A stretch of DNA of 64,000 bases from Squalus acanthias (lineage: Eukaryota), in NCBI GenBank assembly GCA_030390025.1, contig CM059432.1, forward strand, positions 44,270,001 through 44,334,000, given 5' to 3'. The translations under genes were made by a program, and so were the position numbers. This document shows, in pieces, positions 1-12,770 of the stretch (the stretch's first letter is position 1; the number at the start of each line of letters is the position of its first letter). The notes beneath the pieces are model-generated. The model did not search any database. It was not told the DNA's origin and saw only the letters and a list, made by a program, of their open reading frames with translations.

Positions 1-217
1 GTAAACGTGACAACAATCAATTAACTGCTGACCCACCAGTGCAGCAAGGAAGAGGAGTGTGACTGGTACTTATCCAAGGTGCCTTCTAATGAATGCCAGA
101 GCTGCCACATTTCTTAATCCTGTTATCCAAATCTGCTTAGTAACCTTCTCCAACCACAATCTCCTACACTTTCTTGCACAGTTCTTCAAACACCATCTAT
201 GCTGTGCTCCTGCTGTA

Positions 218-1800
218 TTAAAAGTGGATAAATCTCCAGGCCCGGATGAAATGTATCCCAGGCTGTTAAGCGAAGCAAAAGAGGAAATAGCAGAGGCCCT
301 GACCATCAATTTCCAATCCTCTCTCTGGCTTCAGGTGTGGTGCCAGAGGACTGGAGGACTGCTAATGTGGTACCCTTGTTTAAAAAGGGAGAAAAGGATA
401 GACCAAGTAATTACAGGCCAGTCAGCCTAACCTCAGTGGTGGGAAAATTATTGGAAAGAATTCTGAAGGACGGGATAAATCTTCATTTAGAAAGACACGG
501 ATTAATCAAGGATAGTCAGCATGGATTTGTTAAGGGAAGGTCGTGTCTGACAAACTTGATTGAATTTTTTGAGGTAACAAGGAGGGTAGATGAGGGTAGT
601 GCGTTTGATGTAGTGTATATGGACTTTAGCAAGGCTTTTGATAAGGTTCCACATGGCAGACTGGTCATGAAGTTAAAAGCCCATGGGATCCAGGGCAAAG
701 TATCAAGTTGGATTCAAAACTGGCTCGGAGACAGGAAGCAGAGGGTAATGGTTGATGGGTGTTTTTGTGACTGGAAGCCTGTTTACAGTGGGGTTCTGCA
801 GGGCTCAGTACTAGGTACCTTGCTTTTTGTGGTATATATCAACAATCTAGACTTGAATATAGGGGGTATGATTAAGAAGTTTGCAGATGATACTAAAATT
901 GGCTGTGTGGTTGATACTGAAGAAGGAAGCTATAGACTGCAGGAAGATATCAATAAATTGGTCAGGTGGGCAGAACAGTGGCAAATGAAATTCAATCCGG
1001 AGAAGTGTGAGGTAATGCATTTGGGGAGGGCTAACAAGGAAAGGGAATACACATTAAATGGTAGGACACTGAGTAGTGTAGAGGAACAAAGGGACCTTGG
1101 AGTGCATGTCCACAGATCCCTGAAGGTAGCAGGCCAGGTAGATAAGGTGGTTAAGAAAGCATACGAAATGCTTGCCTTTATTAGCCGTGGCATAGAATAC
1201 AAGAGCAGGGGGGGTTATGCTTCAACTGTATAAAACACTAGTTAGGCCTCAGCTAGAGTACTGCGTGCAGTTCTGGTCACCACATTACAGGAAAGATGTG
1301 ATTGCACTAGAGAGGGTACAGAGGAGATTTACAAGGATGTTGCCAGGAGTAGAGAATCTTAGCTATGAGGAAAGACTGGATAGGCTGGGTTTGTTTTCCT
1401 TAGAACAGAGGAGGCTGAGGGGGAGACCTTATTGAGGTGTATAAAATTATGAGGGGCCTAGATAAAGTGGACAGAAAGGACCTATTTCCCTTAGCAGAGG
1501 GGCCAAAATCCAGGGGGCACAGGTTTAAAGTAATTGGTGGAAGGTTTAGAGGGGATTTGAGGGGAAATCTCTTCACCCAGAGGGTTGTGGGGGTCTGGAA
1601 CTCACTGCCTGAAAGGGTGGTAGAGGCAGAAACCCTAACATTTAAAAAGTACTTGGATGTGCACTTGGGATGCTGTAACCTGCAGGGCTACGGACCAAGA
1701 GCTGGGAAGTGGGATTAGGCTGGATAGCTCTTTGTTGGCCGGCGTGGTCACGATGGGCTGAAATGGCCTCCTTCCATGCTGTAACTTTCTATGATTCTAT
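218..1800 (+). mobile_element. 5'-truncated CR1 LINE (RT C-terminal half and 3' tail)
   Basis: ORFs 337-1233, 1217-1435 and 1437-1718 give CR1 ORF2 motifs [43 protein letters not shown], with frameshifts. Ends in the ctatgattctat tail. Confidence 0.95.
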
Positions 1801-1959
1801 ATTCAACCCAGTGACACATGAATACTCAGCACAGTATTGAAATAACACTATTTATTTAATTAATTGTGTGTGTGAATGTTGTTGGAGCAAGTATACTGGT
1901 TGGCTGTGGAGTTTCATTCTCAACCGGCTGGGAATCTGGTGGTGTGTATTGCAGTGGAC

Positions 1960-4592
1960 CCTTGCAACACTGGTTGGAAATTGGTTGGGAGGTAGGAGAC
2001 AGAGTAGGGATAAACGGTATATACTCTGATTGCTGTGATGCTTCTCACCATATTTATCAATGACTTAGATGAAGGAATAGAGAATTGGATATCCAAGTTT
2101 GCAAATGTCCTGATGGGATACATTCTAGGTTGCTGAGGGAAGCTAGGGTGGAGATAGCAGAAGCTTTGACCACAATCTTTCAAACCTCCTTGGATATGGG
2201 AGTGGTGCCAGAGGACTGGAGCATTGCAAATGTTGCATCCCTGTTCAAAAAAGGGGAGGGTGATAAACCTGGTAACTACAGGCAATCAGTTTGTCAGTGG
2301 TGAGAAAACTATTAGAGACCATTGTCCAGGACAAAATTAATTCTCACTTGGAGAAGCATGGGTTAACAAGGGACATGGATTTATTAAAGGCAAATTGTGT
2401 CTGACTAACTTGATTGAGTTCTTTGATGAAGTAACAGAGAGGTCTGATAAAGGTATTGCAGTAGCTGTTATATATGGACTTTCAAAAGGCTTTTGATAAA
2501 GTACCATGTAACATACTTATTCAGAAAATGGAAGCATATGGTATTAAAGGGATGGTGGTAACCTGGGTACGTAATTGGCTAAGGGATAGGAGGTAGAGAG
2601 CAATGGTGAACGGCTGTTTTTCTGACTGCAGAGAAGTATGCAGTGGGGGCCCCCAGGGGTCGGTAGTGGGACCATTGCTTTACTTGTTATATATAAATGA
2701 GCTGGACTTGAATATAGGGAGTACAGTTTAGAAGTTTGCAGATTGTACAAAACTTGGCAACATAGTAAATAGTGAGCAGAATAGTAGCAGACTTCAGGAG
2801 GACACAGACAGACTGGTGAAATGGGCAGACACATGGCAGATGCAATTTAATGCGGATAAGTGTGAAGTGATGCACTTTGGTAGTGTAAGGGGTTTTCTCC
2901 GATACTGGTCCCCCGTTACACAGTTCTTGGATGTCAGGATATATAAAAACAAAATACACACGGCACAGGGTTTTGGCTCAACCTTTGATTTGTTCGTTTA
3001 TTGAACACACACACAATTACTTACCCAGTATAAATCCCTACGATTTATATCAGGCTAACAACCCCAAAATACAAACCCCTACACAAGGGTCATTTGCATT
3101 GACACAATATGACACAGTTAAACCTGTCCGCGATTTGACTGTTACATATAAAGTTACCCAGACTCAATCACAAAACCCTTATTGTGATCTGACTGAAACT
3201 CACAAACTTACTCAGATTCAATCATAAAAGCCTCCTCTATGATTTGGCTGAAACAAACAATCACCACTCCCGATCGGCTGCCTCTTGGAGTTGATTGCAG
3301 GCCCGAATCTTTCTGTTCGCTGTTCTGCCGTCGGCTTCCCACACCACTGTCTTCGAAGTGATCTTATTTTAAACCAAAACCACCTTGCAGTATTTCCTGG
3401 CCCCCCTCCTGAGCATGCGATGGCCATATCAAAATGTGTGAATTGTCTCTAGCAGAGAACTCTTGATGGCTAATGTCCCTCGTATTGTTCATTGATTAGA
3501 GATTCCTGTCTGACAATGCAACCTTCCCAAAGTGACTGCATATGTGAAGTTGTTGGTTTCTGTTAGCATTCATATTCAAAAGGTTCAAGGCCCGGCCCAT
3601 TGTCTAGGCCTGCACTGAAACTGGTTATTTGGGGGCCATGGTCTAAGGTGGACAATGTAACCCCTTAAGGTACATGAATATGCGGATGTTCTTGTTCAGA
3701 CTTTAGATTCATAGTTTCGGCTGCAATGTTTGAATTAACCCTTTATTGCCAAGCCCTTTTTGCGGGCTCTGCAGTTCTGGGTTTTTATATTTCATAGTCC
3801 AATATTTTTACCGTTGTGGGGGGAGGAATCGATCCTACAGTAGAAACAACGTGAAGAAGCAGTATAATCTAAATGGTTCTATTTTGAGGGAGTACAAGAG
3901 CAGAGGGACCTGGGTGTGCATATTCACAAATCCTTGAAGGTGGCAGGGCAAGTTGATAAGGCAGTTAAGAAAGCGTATGGGATACTTGGCTTTGTAAATA
4001 GGGGCATTGAATACCAAAACAAGGAAGTCAGGCTAAACCTTTACAAATTACTGGTTAGGCCTCAGCTGGAGTATTGTGTACAATTCTGGGCATTGTAAGA
4101 AGGATATCAAGGCCTTGGAGAGAGTACAGAGGAGGTTCGCCAGGATGATACCAGGGATGAGGGGCTTCAGTTATTTGGAGAGATTGGAGAAGCTGGAATT
4201 GTTCTCCTTGGAGCAGAGAAGGTTAAACGGAGGTATTCAAAATTATGAAGGGTTTGGATAGAGCAAGTAGGGAGAAACCTTTTCCTCTGACAAGTTAGTC
4301 AGTAACCAGAGATCAAAGATTTAAAATAATTGGCAAAAGAACTAGCGAGAAATATGGAGAAACTTTTCTCACAGAGGGTTGTTATGATCTGGAGGACACT
4401 ACCTGAAAGGGTGTGGAATCAGATTCCATAGGTACTTTCAAAAGGCAATTGGACATGTATTTGAAGAGAACTAATTTGCAGGGTTATGGGGAAATAGCTG
4501 GGGCGTGGGACTAAATTGGACTGCTCTTTCAAAGAGCCGGCACAGGCATGACAGGCCAAATGGCCACCTTCTGTGCTGTAAGATTCTATGAT
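1960..4592 (+). mobile_element. Degenerate CR1 LINE split by a solo LTR
   Basis: CR1 RT motifs in ORFs 2085-2303, 2816-3004 and 3916-4098. Sequence resumes in register after 3843; tail gattctatgat at about 4590. Confidence 0.9.
2884..3839 (-). mobile_element. Solo LTR (Gypsy/ERV-like), 956 bp
   Basis: Termini TGTAAGG...CCTACA, 4-bp TSD GTAG (2880-2883, 3840-3843), inserted into CR1 coding sequence. Minus-strand AATAAA near 3000 suggests the orientation. Confidence 0.8.
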
Positions 4593-5345
4593 GACACTAA
4601 GTTGGGAGGCACAGTCAGTAATGCAGATGCGAGCAGGAAGTTATAAAGGGACATAGACAGATTAAGTGAGTGGGCAAAACTGTGCCAAATAGAGTTCAAT
4701 GTGGGGAAGGATGAGGTCATCCAGGTAAGACAAATAATATTTTCTTAATGGGGAGAAACTAGGAACTGTGGAGGAGCAAAGATTTGGATGTCCATGTACA
4801 CAAATCACTAAAAGCTAGTGGACAGGTACAAAAAGCAATCAAAACGGCTAATGGAATATTGGGCTTTATCTCCAGAGGACTGGAATACAAAGGGGAAGAA
4901 GTTATGCTTCAGTTGTACAGAGCCTTGACCCCATCTGGAATACTGCGTTCAGTTCTGGGGACCACACCTCAGGAAGGATATATTGACCTTTGGGCAGGTG
5001 CAACACAGATTCATCAGAATTAAATTGGGACATAGAGTTAAATTATGAGGATACGTTGCATAAACTTGGGGGGGGTGCGATTTTCCCATTGGAGGTGGGT
5101 TTTGGTTTGGGCTTGTTCCAAACCCGCTTCCACTGTCAGGTGGGAAAAATTTGCGATTTTCCCCTAACTGGCCAGTTAATTTCAGAGGTGTTGGTTCCCC
5201 TGGGCCAATTAGTCTTTTGGGACTGAAACTCACCTCTGCTGATGTCACTTATCCAGCTTCATTTAAGGGCTGCTTGCTGCCTTGGCTCATTCCCCTGGTT
5301 TTTGGTCGATGCTGCACCACCTCCAAACTTTTATCTCATTGAAGA

Positions 5346-5500
5346 ATGGCCAGCTCCAAGGCAAGGGCCTCCCCGAGGTTCTCGGATTAGGCGCTGGGTA
5401 TCCTGGTTGAGGGGGCGAGAGCTAGGTGCTCTTCCCCTCATCTGGGAGGAAGAGGCCTCCCAAAGAAACCAAGGCTGTGTGGGTCTAGCTGCCAAGGGAT
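5346..5500 (+). pseudogene. Truncated Harbinger Myb/SANT-like accessory gene
   Basis: Manual translation from ATG 5346: MASSKARASPRFSD*ALGILVEGARAR / VLFPSSGRKRPPKETKAVWV. This resembles the N-terminus of Harbinger Myb-like proteins and is convergent with the transposase. Confidence 0.7.
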
Positions 5501-5720
5501 ATAACCTCCAGATCTGTGTGCAGATTGGGTGATTGTTTCTGTTTATTGATGAAATGCCATCCATGTGTGAATGTATTAAAATTAGGTGATAGCAAACTGT
5601 TGGCGTGATGGCATCTGTTATTTCAGCTCAGGCTGCTCCACATTGCAGGCTCCGCGACACTTGCGTGGTCAGGTTGGTGGTCAGAGTGAAAGGAGGCCAG
5701 AAAGTCATGTCCATTGTCTA

Positions 5721-6967
5721 TCATGTGTTAAGAAGGAGCCAAGCACATGTGCCACAATGGGCAACCTCTGCAAATCTGGCCAGAATGAGTGCATCCCTTG
5801 CATCACGGGCAGCCATGTCCTCTAATGCTGCCGCTGCTGCTGGTAGATGCGCCGCCGCACGGTGGTCCTCCTCATCCTCATCTGAGGAGGCTATGAACTG
5901 AGCCACTTGCTCATCAGGAAGCTGCAAGCCATGACGCTGTGCCATGTTGTGCAGTGCACAGCAGACCGTGACCATTCTGGAGAACCTGGCTGCTGAATAC
6001 TGCAGGGCTCCACCTGATCTGTCAAGGCATCGGAATCGCATCTTCAGCAAGCCAATGGTCTGCTCGATGATGGACCTGGTCGAAATGTGGCTGGCGTTGT
6101 AGCGCTCCTCAGCCTCGTTAGCTGGCGTCCTGATCAGCGTCATTAGCCACTTCTTCAGGGGGTAGCCCTTGTCACCAAGGAGCCATCTGTTAAGTTGGTT
6201 TGGCGGATTGAAGAGCGGAGGAACACTAGAGTTCCACAGGATGAACGAGTCATGGCAACTACCACAGAACTTGGCGCAAACATGCAAAATCTCCTTTTTG
6301 TGGTTATACACCAGCTGTACGTTGAGGGAGTGGAAGCCCTTGCGGTTGACAAAGATAGCTGGGTTGTAATGGGGTACCCTAAGGGCCACATGTGTGCAGT
6401 CTATGACGCCCTGCACCATTGGCAAGCCTGCCATATTTGCAAAGCCAACTGAACGCGCGGTTACACTTGCTTGATCCCTTGAGAAGTGGATGTAATTGGG
6501 CGCCTTTGCGAAAAGGGCATCGGTAACCTGCTTGATGCAACTGTGGGCGGCCGACTGGAAGATGCCGCTGATGATTCCTGGAAGGAGCCTGAGGCAAAAA
6601 AGTTGAGTGCGGTGGTGACTTTGACAGCCACTGGTAAGGGGTGTCCACCCGCTCCTCTGAGCTCCAGGTGTTGGTGCAGCATTGCGCAGATGTCTCCGAC
6701 AACCTCTCGCGAAACTCTCAGCCTCCTTTGGCACTGCTGCTCACTCATGTTGAGGTAGCTCATCCTCTGTCTGTAAACCCTGCGAGGAGGGTATCTCCTG
6801 TGGTGAGGTGCTGCCATGCGCTGGCGCCTTCTGCCCTGTGCACCATCAGGTGGGTGAGCAGGAGGTTGGCGCTCCTGTTGCTGCTGAGCTGCAAGGTTCT
6901 GCTGCTGCCGTGGCTGCTCCTCATCCTAATCTGAGGTCCATGATGAAAGGAAATAAATGGTTCCCAT
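5721..6967 (-). pseudogene. Harbinger DDE transposase (HARBI1-like family) with one frameshift and one early stop
   Basis: ORF 6461-6817 ([20 protein letters not shown]...[18 protein letters not shown]) joins ORF 5721-6734 near 6570 ([60 protein letters not shown]). An in-frame ATG at 6967 is separated from it by one TAG. Confidence 0.92.
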
Positions 6968-8694
6968 GATGCTGGCAGATACCTCCGTTGGGGAAGCGCT
7001 CAGTCCAAGCGGGGAGAGGGTCTTCCAAGGAGGTCCCACAGTTGAGAGATAGAAGCTGCAGCACCTCTGACTTCGGTAGGCCTGCTAAAAGTCCTGTGGA
7101 ACAAAAGTTCTGCCACCTGCAACTGCTCCCTGATGAAAGCTCCGTTTTAATGGTGGAGCTGTAGCTGTGAGGAGGCCACCCACTTGTCAACCCGCCAGGA
7201 TCAGCTGGCATGGTTTAGGAGGGTTGTGCAACACGCACAAAATGTGGCAAAATAACGAAGGCCTGTCAAAATAGGATATTTTAATGACTCTTTAAGGGTC
7301 TTAACTACCTCTCCCGACTGATGGAGGTGGGACCGAATTGTACCCATCAAACCCGCCTCCGGCAAAATTGCGCAGAGGCAGGTTGGAGGCGGGTTCCGAA
7401 CCCGCGCTCGCTTTTTGCGATTTTTCCCAACTGTCCCGCCTCCAAACCTGCCTCCTCGGGGCTGGGAAAAATCGCGGCCTTGGCTTCTATTCCCTTGAGT
7501 ATTAAAGATTGTTCTACTCCTGTTCCTGTGTTCCAGTGACTCTGAATCTGAGTGAATCAGTCTGGTGCTGTAGTGGCTACCTGGTCCTGCACGCTTTTTG
7601 GCACATCTCACTTGCACAGAAATGCTTGACAGCCTGTATGTGCTGCCATCTTGAGAGGCAGGGACCTTGTATCTGCCTACAACACTCCTGCTGGGCACTC
7701 AATTAATATATCAATTTGAGAGCAGAATTTTGAGGTCTGTATCCAATCTCCAAGCATGTTGTAGCTGTCCAGAGTTCATCTTTTAGGTTAAAGCCCAAGG
7801 CCTCTACTTCAGCAGTTTGAGTATTCATGAAAGATGGTCCTATGTGCTTAAGACCTGCGACACTGAGTTGCCATTCCCTCAATGGCACACTGTGGTGCAA
7901 ACGACAAGCCATGAAAGCATAGATCCGGTTCATGCTTTCTCTCCTGCTCTTCTCCAAACTTTGCAGTGTGCTTTACACAGACACCGGTGACTCAAAGTGG
8001 TGATTCTGCTCAGACAGCAATCTCCAGTTCTAAACACGATTTGAAGTCTGAATCCCTATATGCTCAGGCCAACAGTTGTGTGGCTTTCAGCATTCATTAT
8101 CTTGCTGCTCCTCACCCATGCACTTCACTTACCCTGTCAACCCTCTGCTTCACTAACTACATCCTCCAGGATTTGTTTAGGTTTACTGGTTTAGGTGCTT
8201 GTCAGACACGGTGATTGCAGTGTGGAGCCCATGCTTGGCTGTGCCTTCACTAAGAAAACAGAGAGAACCAATAGTCAAAATACTGTCTGTTAAACATATT
8301 CAAGAACTTTAAATGCAAAATATTCTCTGTGATGTTATTCAAGTTTAGTGTGTGCCTGTGTGACAGTCAGTCAAGACAAAGTTGCATGACATGAACATTG
8401 TTACTAGCCATGAGCTCGTGAGAAGGCTATGAACTACCTGTCCCCCATTCTCTTGATGCTCTGAGCTAGGAGACTCTCACCTGCTTCCATTGCTCATAGA
8501 CCATCTTGTTCTGAAAACAGAAGAATAGTACTGAAAGCATGTACATAAAACACTGAAAATGTCATGCATCTTCAGGGCATATTGCATTCTATAAATTGAT
8601 GCATCCCTCAAGCATTCCTTGTATGAATCTCCTTCAAAAATTATTACTCACCTTACAGGTTGGCATTTGCACTTCCTAATTGTAACTTTCCCAG

Positions 8695-9190
8695 ACAACA
8701 ACTACTTACATTTTAACATAGGAAAATGTCTCAAGACATGCAGTGGGGGAGAGGTGGGGTGGGATTGCTGAGCCATAGTGGGAAAGCTAAGAGAGATGTC
8801 TGAAAGATATGCCAAAGAGATCAGTTCTCGGGAGACTTTTAAAGATACAGGGAGGTGAAAGGGTTTACGAAGGGAGTTCCAGAGAGCTATGTGTGGCAGC
8901 TGAAGGACAGCAATAGTGGGGTGAAAGGAGAAGGGTATGCACAGGAGGCTAGAGCCAGAGAACTGAGGAGTGTAAATCTGGAGTTGATTGCAGAGACAGG
9001 ATGGGGCAAGCTGAAGATGAGGATTTTAAATTTAGTGTGTTGGAGAATGGTGTGGGTCAGCAAGGACTGGGGTGATGGGCAAGTGGGCCTTAATGTACAT
9101 CATCACATGGGTAATAGAGATTTGGATGAATTGGAGTTCATACAGCCTGGAGGACAAGAGTTTGGAAAAGAGTGGCTTGGAAAGATCTAG
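8695..9190 (-). mobile_element. Old L2-type LINE 3' fragment
   Basis: Degenerate similarity to the L2 3' end at 55648-56170 (acaacaact...cattt tail, gattttaaatt motif). Confidence 0.6.
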
Positions 9191-9327
9191 GGAGATTCTC
9201 CTGGGTCTGCACCCAGGTGCATTGGATTATGTGGGCACAGCTGATTTTCCTTCATTCAATTTCAGTCTATTGCTTTACCTTTGCAGATCTCTTCAGGTCT
9301 TACTTCTTCCTCTTGTATCCTTCTGTT

Positions 9328-9993
9328 GTGTCAGCCTTGCTTTAGTGGTAGCATTCTCACCTCTGAGTCAGAAGGTTATGGATTCAAGCCCAACTCCTGG
9401 AATTGAGCATGTAATTTAGGCTGATACTCCAGTGTAGTGTTGAAGTGTTACACTGTTGGTGTTATCTTTTAGATAGAATCTAGGTGCAGGAGTAGGCCAT
9501 TCGGCCCGTCGAGCCTGCTCCACCATTCAATACGATCATGGCTGATCATCCAAATCCAGTACCCTGTCCCTGCTTTAATCCCCACAGTACACATATCCCA
9601 CCCTACCCCCGTAACCCCATGTATTTAATTCCCCCTAACATATCCCATCCTATTCCCATAACCCCACATATTTAATCCCCCCCTAACACTAAGGGTCAAT
9701 GAAACCTTAAATGAAGGTCTTGTATGCCCTTTCAGGTGGACATAAAAGATCTCAAGGCACTATTTAAAGACAAGCAGGAGAAGTTCTCCTGGACCACTAA
9801 TATCATTTAAAAAGAAGATTTTGTGGTTATTTATATGATCATTATTTGTGGTATCTTGTGTGCAAATTAGCTGCTACATTTGCCTATGCTAAATTAGTGG
9901 CTACATTTCACAAAGTACTTTATAGGCTATGGAGCGCTTTGGGCATCCAGAGGTCATGAAAGATGCTATATAAATGCAAGTTCTTTTTTCTTT
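9328..9993 (+). mobile_element. tRNA-derived DeuSINE (SacSINE1-like), interrupted
   Basis: Homologous to 58123-58577 (ctctgagtcagaaggtt, tcaggtggacataaaagatc, gctatataaatgcaag). Interrupted at about 9471-9698. Confidence 0.8.
9471..9698 (-). mobile_element. 5'-truncated SINE with CR1-type tail (HE1-like) nested in the DeuSINE
   Basis: CR1 tail motif gcaggagtaggccattcggcc, then an imperfect tandem repeat of about 50 bp (catatcccaccctacccccgtaaccccatgtatttaattccccctaa). Confidence 0.6.
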
Positions 9994-10537
9994 CCAGGTT
10001 CTGCAGGTTCAGGAGGTGTCATTTATCCTTTTAACCATGCATCCTTTCCGTCTTTTCTCTCGGGCCCTCAGAACTCTTGTGCCTGGTCATCATATCATAA
10101 TTATCTCTGCCTTGGAGTCTTCATGCTACAGCAAAATTGCAGAGTAAATAGCTGAATTGGGCTCCCATGCACTTGTAGAGGCTTAAATGTCTGCTTAGTG
10201 CTGTTGACTTGCAGGAGATTAAATGGCTGCTTAGCATAAGCCATGATGGTTGGAATGCCTGCTGTACAACATGTTTTATTATAAATCCTAAAACCAGTAA
10301 AATCATAAGAAAATGAGCATACTTAATAACACTGGAAATGTTTAATCCTTGAGTAGTGCACAAACAGAAAATTCACAGTTTAGTTTCTCCTACCAGTGGG
10401 GAAATGTTTTAGTTTTTTGGGGTGAAAAAATTGCATGCTGTAGACTTACACACATTTATCTACAGTCAGCTCTTATAATAAGTGAGGATCAGAAGTCTCC
10501 CCAGTCTAGATAACTTTGGCATTCCAGTGCACTCAAA

Positions 10538-11199
10538 GGGCTGGATTTTGATACTGGGGTGGGTTGGGGTCGTGTCATCCACTTTTCGTGTTATCCACCC
10601 GACTGCAATTGGATGTGGGAGATTGATGCGATTTTCACCTAATTGGGCAATTGAGTTCCAGCATGTGGGAACCCATGAACCAATTAGTGTTTTCAGTCTG
10701 AAAGTCGCCTCTGATGATGTCATCATTGCTGCTGCATTGAAGGTCTGCAAAGACTGCCTGGCCTTTGCTGTGAGAGGACCTGGATGCAAAATGAGCAGCA
10801 GCAGCCCTAAGTCTGTTCCCAGATATTTTTGCACCACCACTCCCAGATATGTCTCCTCCTCATCCAGCCAGCCAGCAGCTGATAGTCAGCTATCCAAATG
10901 TGCTCCCACCAGGCTTCACATTCATGGTTCAGAACAGGCGTGCTTCACGTAGAAAAAGGGTTAAAATCACAAAGGCCTTTCAAAATGGCATTATAGAGGC
11001 AATTTAGTGTTTGTTAAGGGCCTTAACAGCCTATCCCGCCTCTTAGAGGCGGGACGGAGTCGGGACCAGCAGACACGATTTAATGAAAATTGCGTGGAGG
11101 TGGGATGGAGGCAGGCTTGTGCCCGCCCGCCAGTTTTCACAATTTTAACCCCCCACACGCCTCCAAACCCACCTCCACGGGTCAATGAAAATCCAGCCC
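10538..11199. mobile_element. Harbinger-derived MITE, family A copy 1
   Basis: TIR gggctggatttt / aaaatccagccc, TSD AAA. Both subtermini are homologous to the ends of the 5069-7479 element. Confidence 0.9.
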
Positions 11200-11403
11200 A
11201 AAGTGTTCAGTGCCAGTTGGAGCTTATTACATTGAATTATCAAGATTTATTTCCAGGACCAGGAAGGGTGTTGAATTTCATTTAATATCATGAGAGGTGG
11301 TCAGAATAGGCCTGCTACTTATGTCACTCAAATGGTCTTTTTCATGTAGCTACTTTCCCACTATGAAAAGTTTGAATTGCTTCCCTACAGTTGGAGACAT
11401 TGT

Positions 11404-11583
11404 GGGGTTAAATTGAACTTTGATGGAGGTGCAAAATTGATAGTAACAGATTGGCCACTCGTTTTAAATCCTGCCTGACTTTCCATGGAGTTATTGTACA
11501 GGAAAATCAGGAAGGGTGTATGACAGGCAGCCGATGCACTCGCGACCTTTTTGCGTCCTTGGTGGAAGTTCAATTTTAACCCC
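11404..11583. mobile_element. Short MITE
   Basis: TIR ggggttaaattgaactt / aagttcaattttaacccc; no clean TSD. Confidence 0.65.
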
Positions 11584-12770
11584 TACAAGTCAAAGTTTTA
11601 AGGGAGAAAAATGGAAATATATGTGCTGATGTAAAAGTCTGAGATAATTGGAATAAAACTGATTAGAAGATCAAAATATCAGTTTGAAGTCAACAGAAGG
11701 GATAAGCACTACTAATCAAGTGGAGGAGAGTCAATATGAACACAAAAGAATATTGCACACACAAAGAAATTATATAAGTACTTTGGCTGGCACAGCAAAG
11801 GCAGTGTGGAATGAGGTTAAGGATAAACAAAAGTAATTGCATGTTATATATCTTCAGAAGGAAAATTAATTCCATAAAGTTAACCATTAGGGTTCAGTTA
11901 CTTAGCTATTGGATTTGAAAATAGCAGAGGAAAATCTAAAGAGCAATGCTCATTTCTGGAGATGTTTAAGAAATCTACAATCAGAATCATTTTGGCTAGA
12001 TTAAAGCATATTTAAGGGTAATCGAGACCAATGCTAAGTAGGTTTATAAGGATAGATTCATCAATCCAGCACTAACTGAAACATGGCTTTTGGTAGTAAC
12101 TCTTTTCCCCCTTACAGAAGCCTTTCCATCTGGATATACTTTTCACCATATGCCCTACCCAAACTGCCATAGGAACTGTCGGACATAAGACCAAGCTCCA
12201 TCTAGTTCGCCTTGTACTATCCTGGTAGTCACATGATACAGCAATAATAGAGTTGTTGACCAATCATGGTAATTAATCTCATCAGTTCGTCTACAACAGA
12301 CATGAGGTGGTGGAAAGCTTTGGAATTATCTACATGTACGCCACATCCACTGCCTTACCCTATCAAGTTCTTTTGTCTCACCCTTAAAAATACACAGTAA
12401 ATTAACCCATATTGGCTAACTTTTATGATTTATTTCTATCCAGATACTCCATCATTTTATCTTTAATTATCACAGTAAAGGAGGAGGTAGTAGAGAAATT
12501 GGATAGGATAAAAAGGAGATACTTAAAAGGTTGGCAGTGCTCAAAGTAGAAAAGTCACCTGGTCCAAATGGGATGCATTCTAGGTTGCTGAGGGAAGTAA
12601 AGGTAGAAATTGAGGAAGCCCTGGCTACAATCTTCCTTAGATATGGGAGTGGTGCCAGAGGATTGGAGGGTTCCAAATGTTACACCCCTGTTCAAGAAAG
12701 GGAAGAGGGATAAACTCAGCAATTACAGGCCAATCAGCCTAATGGTGGTGGGAAAACTTTTAGAGACATT

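Larger units (their letters stand above)
5069..7479 (-). mobile_element. PIF/Harbinger DNA transposon, internally deleted
   Basis: Imperfect TIRs gggtgcgattttccc / gggaaaaatcgcggcc, 3-bp TSD TTG (5066-5068, 7480-7482), transposase on the minus strand and Myb/SANT remnant on the plus strand. Confidence 0.92.
4593..7510 (+). mobile_element. CR1 fragment that hosts the Harbinger element
   Basis: ORF 4784-5023 is CR1-like (HVHKSLKASGQVQKAIK). cataaacttg at 5059-5068 continues as ttggcttctattcccttgag at 7480. Confidence 0.8.

Noticed and set aside
337..1233. 298-aa RT ORF as a host gene or active LINE
   Set aside because: 5'-truncated and frameshifted CR1 copy; one of many in the window.
5721..6734. 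Domesticated HARBI1 gene
   Set aside because: Lies between TIRs with a TSD inside a CR1, and carries a frameshift.
7510..8660. Minus-strand ORFs (7201-7698, 7703-7957) as a gene or Harbinger accessory ORF
   Set aside because: No motif I can recognise and no consistent exon chain.
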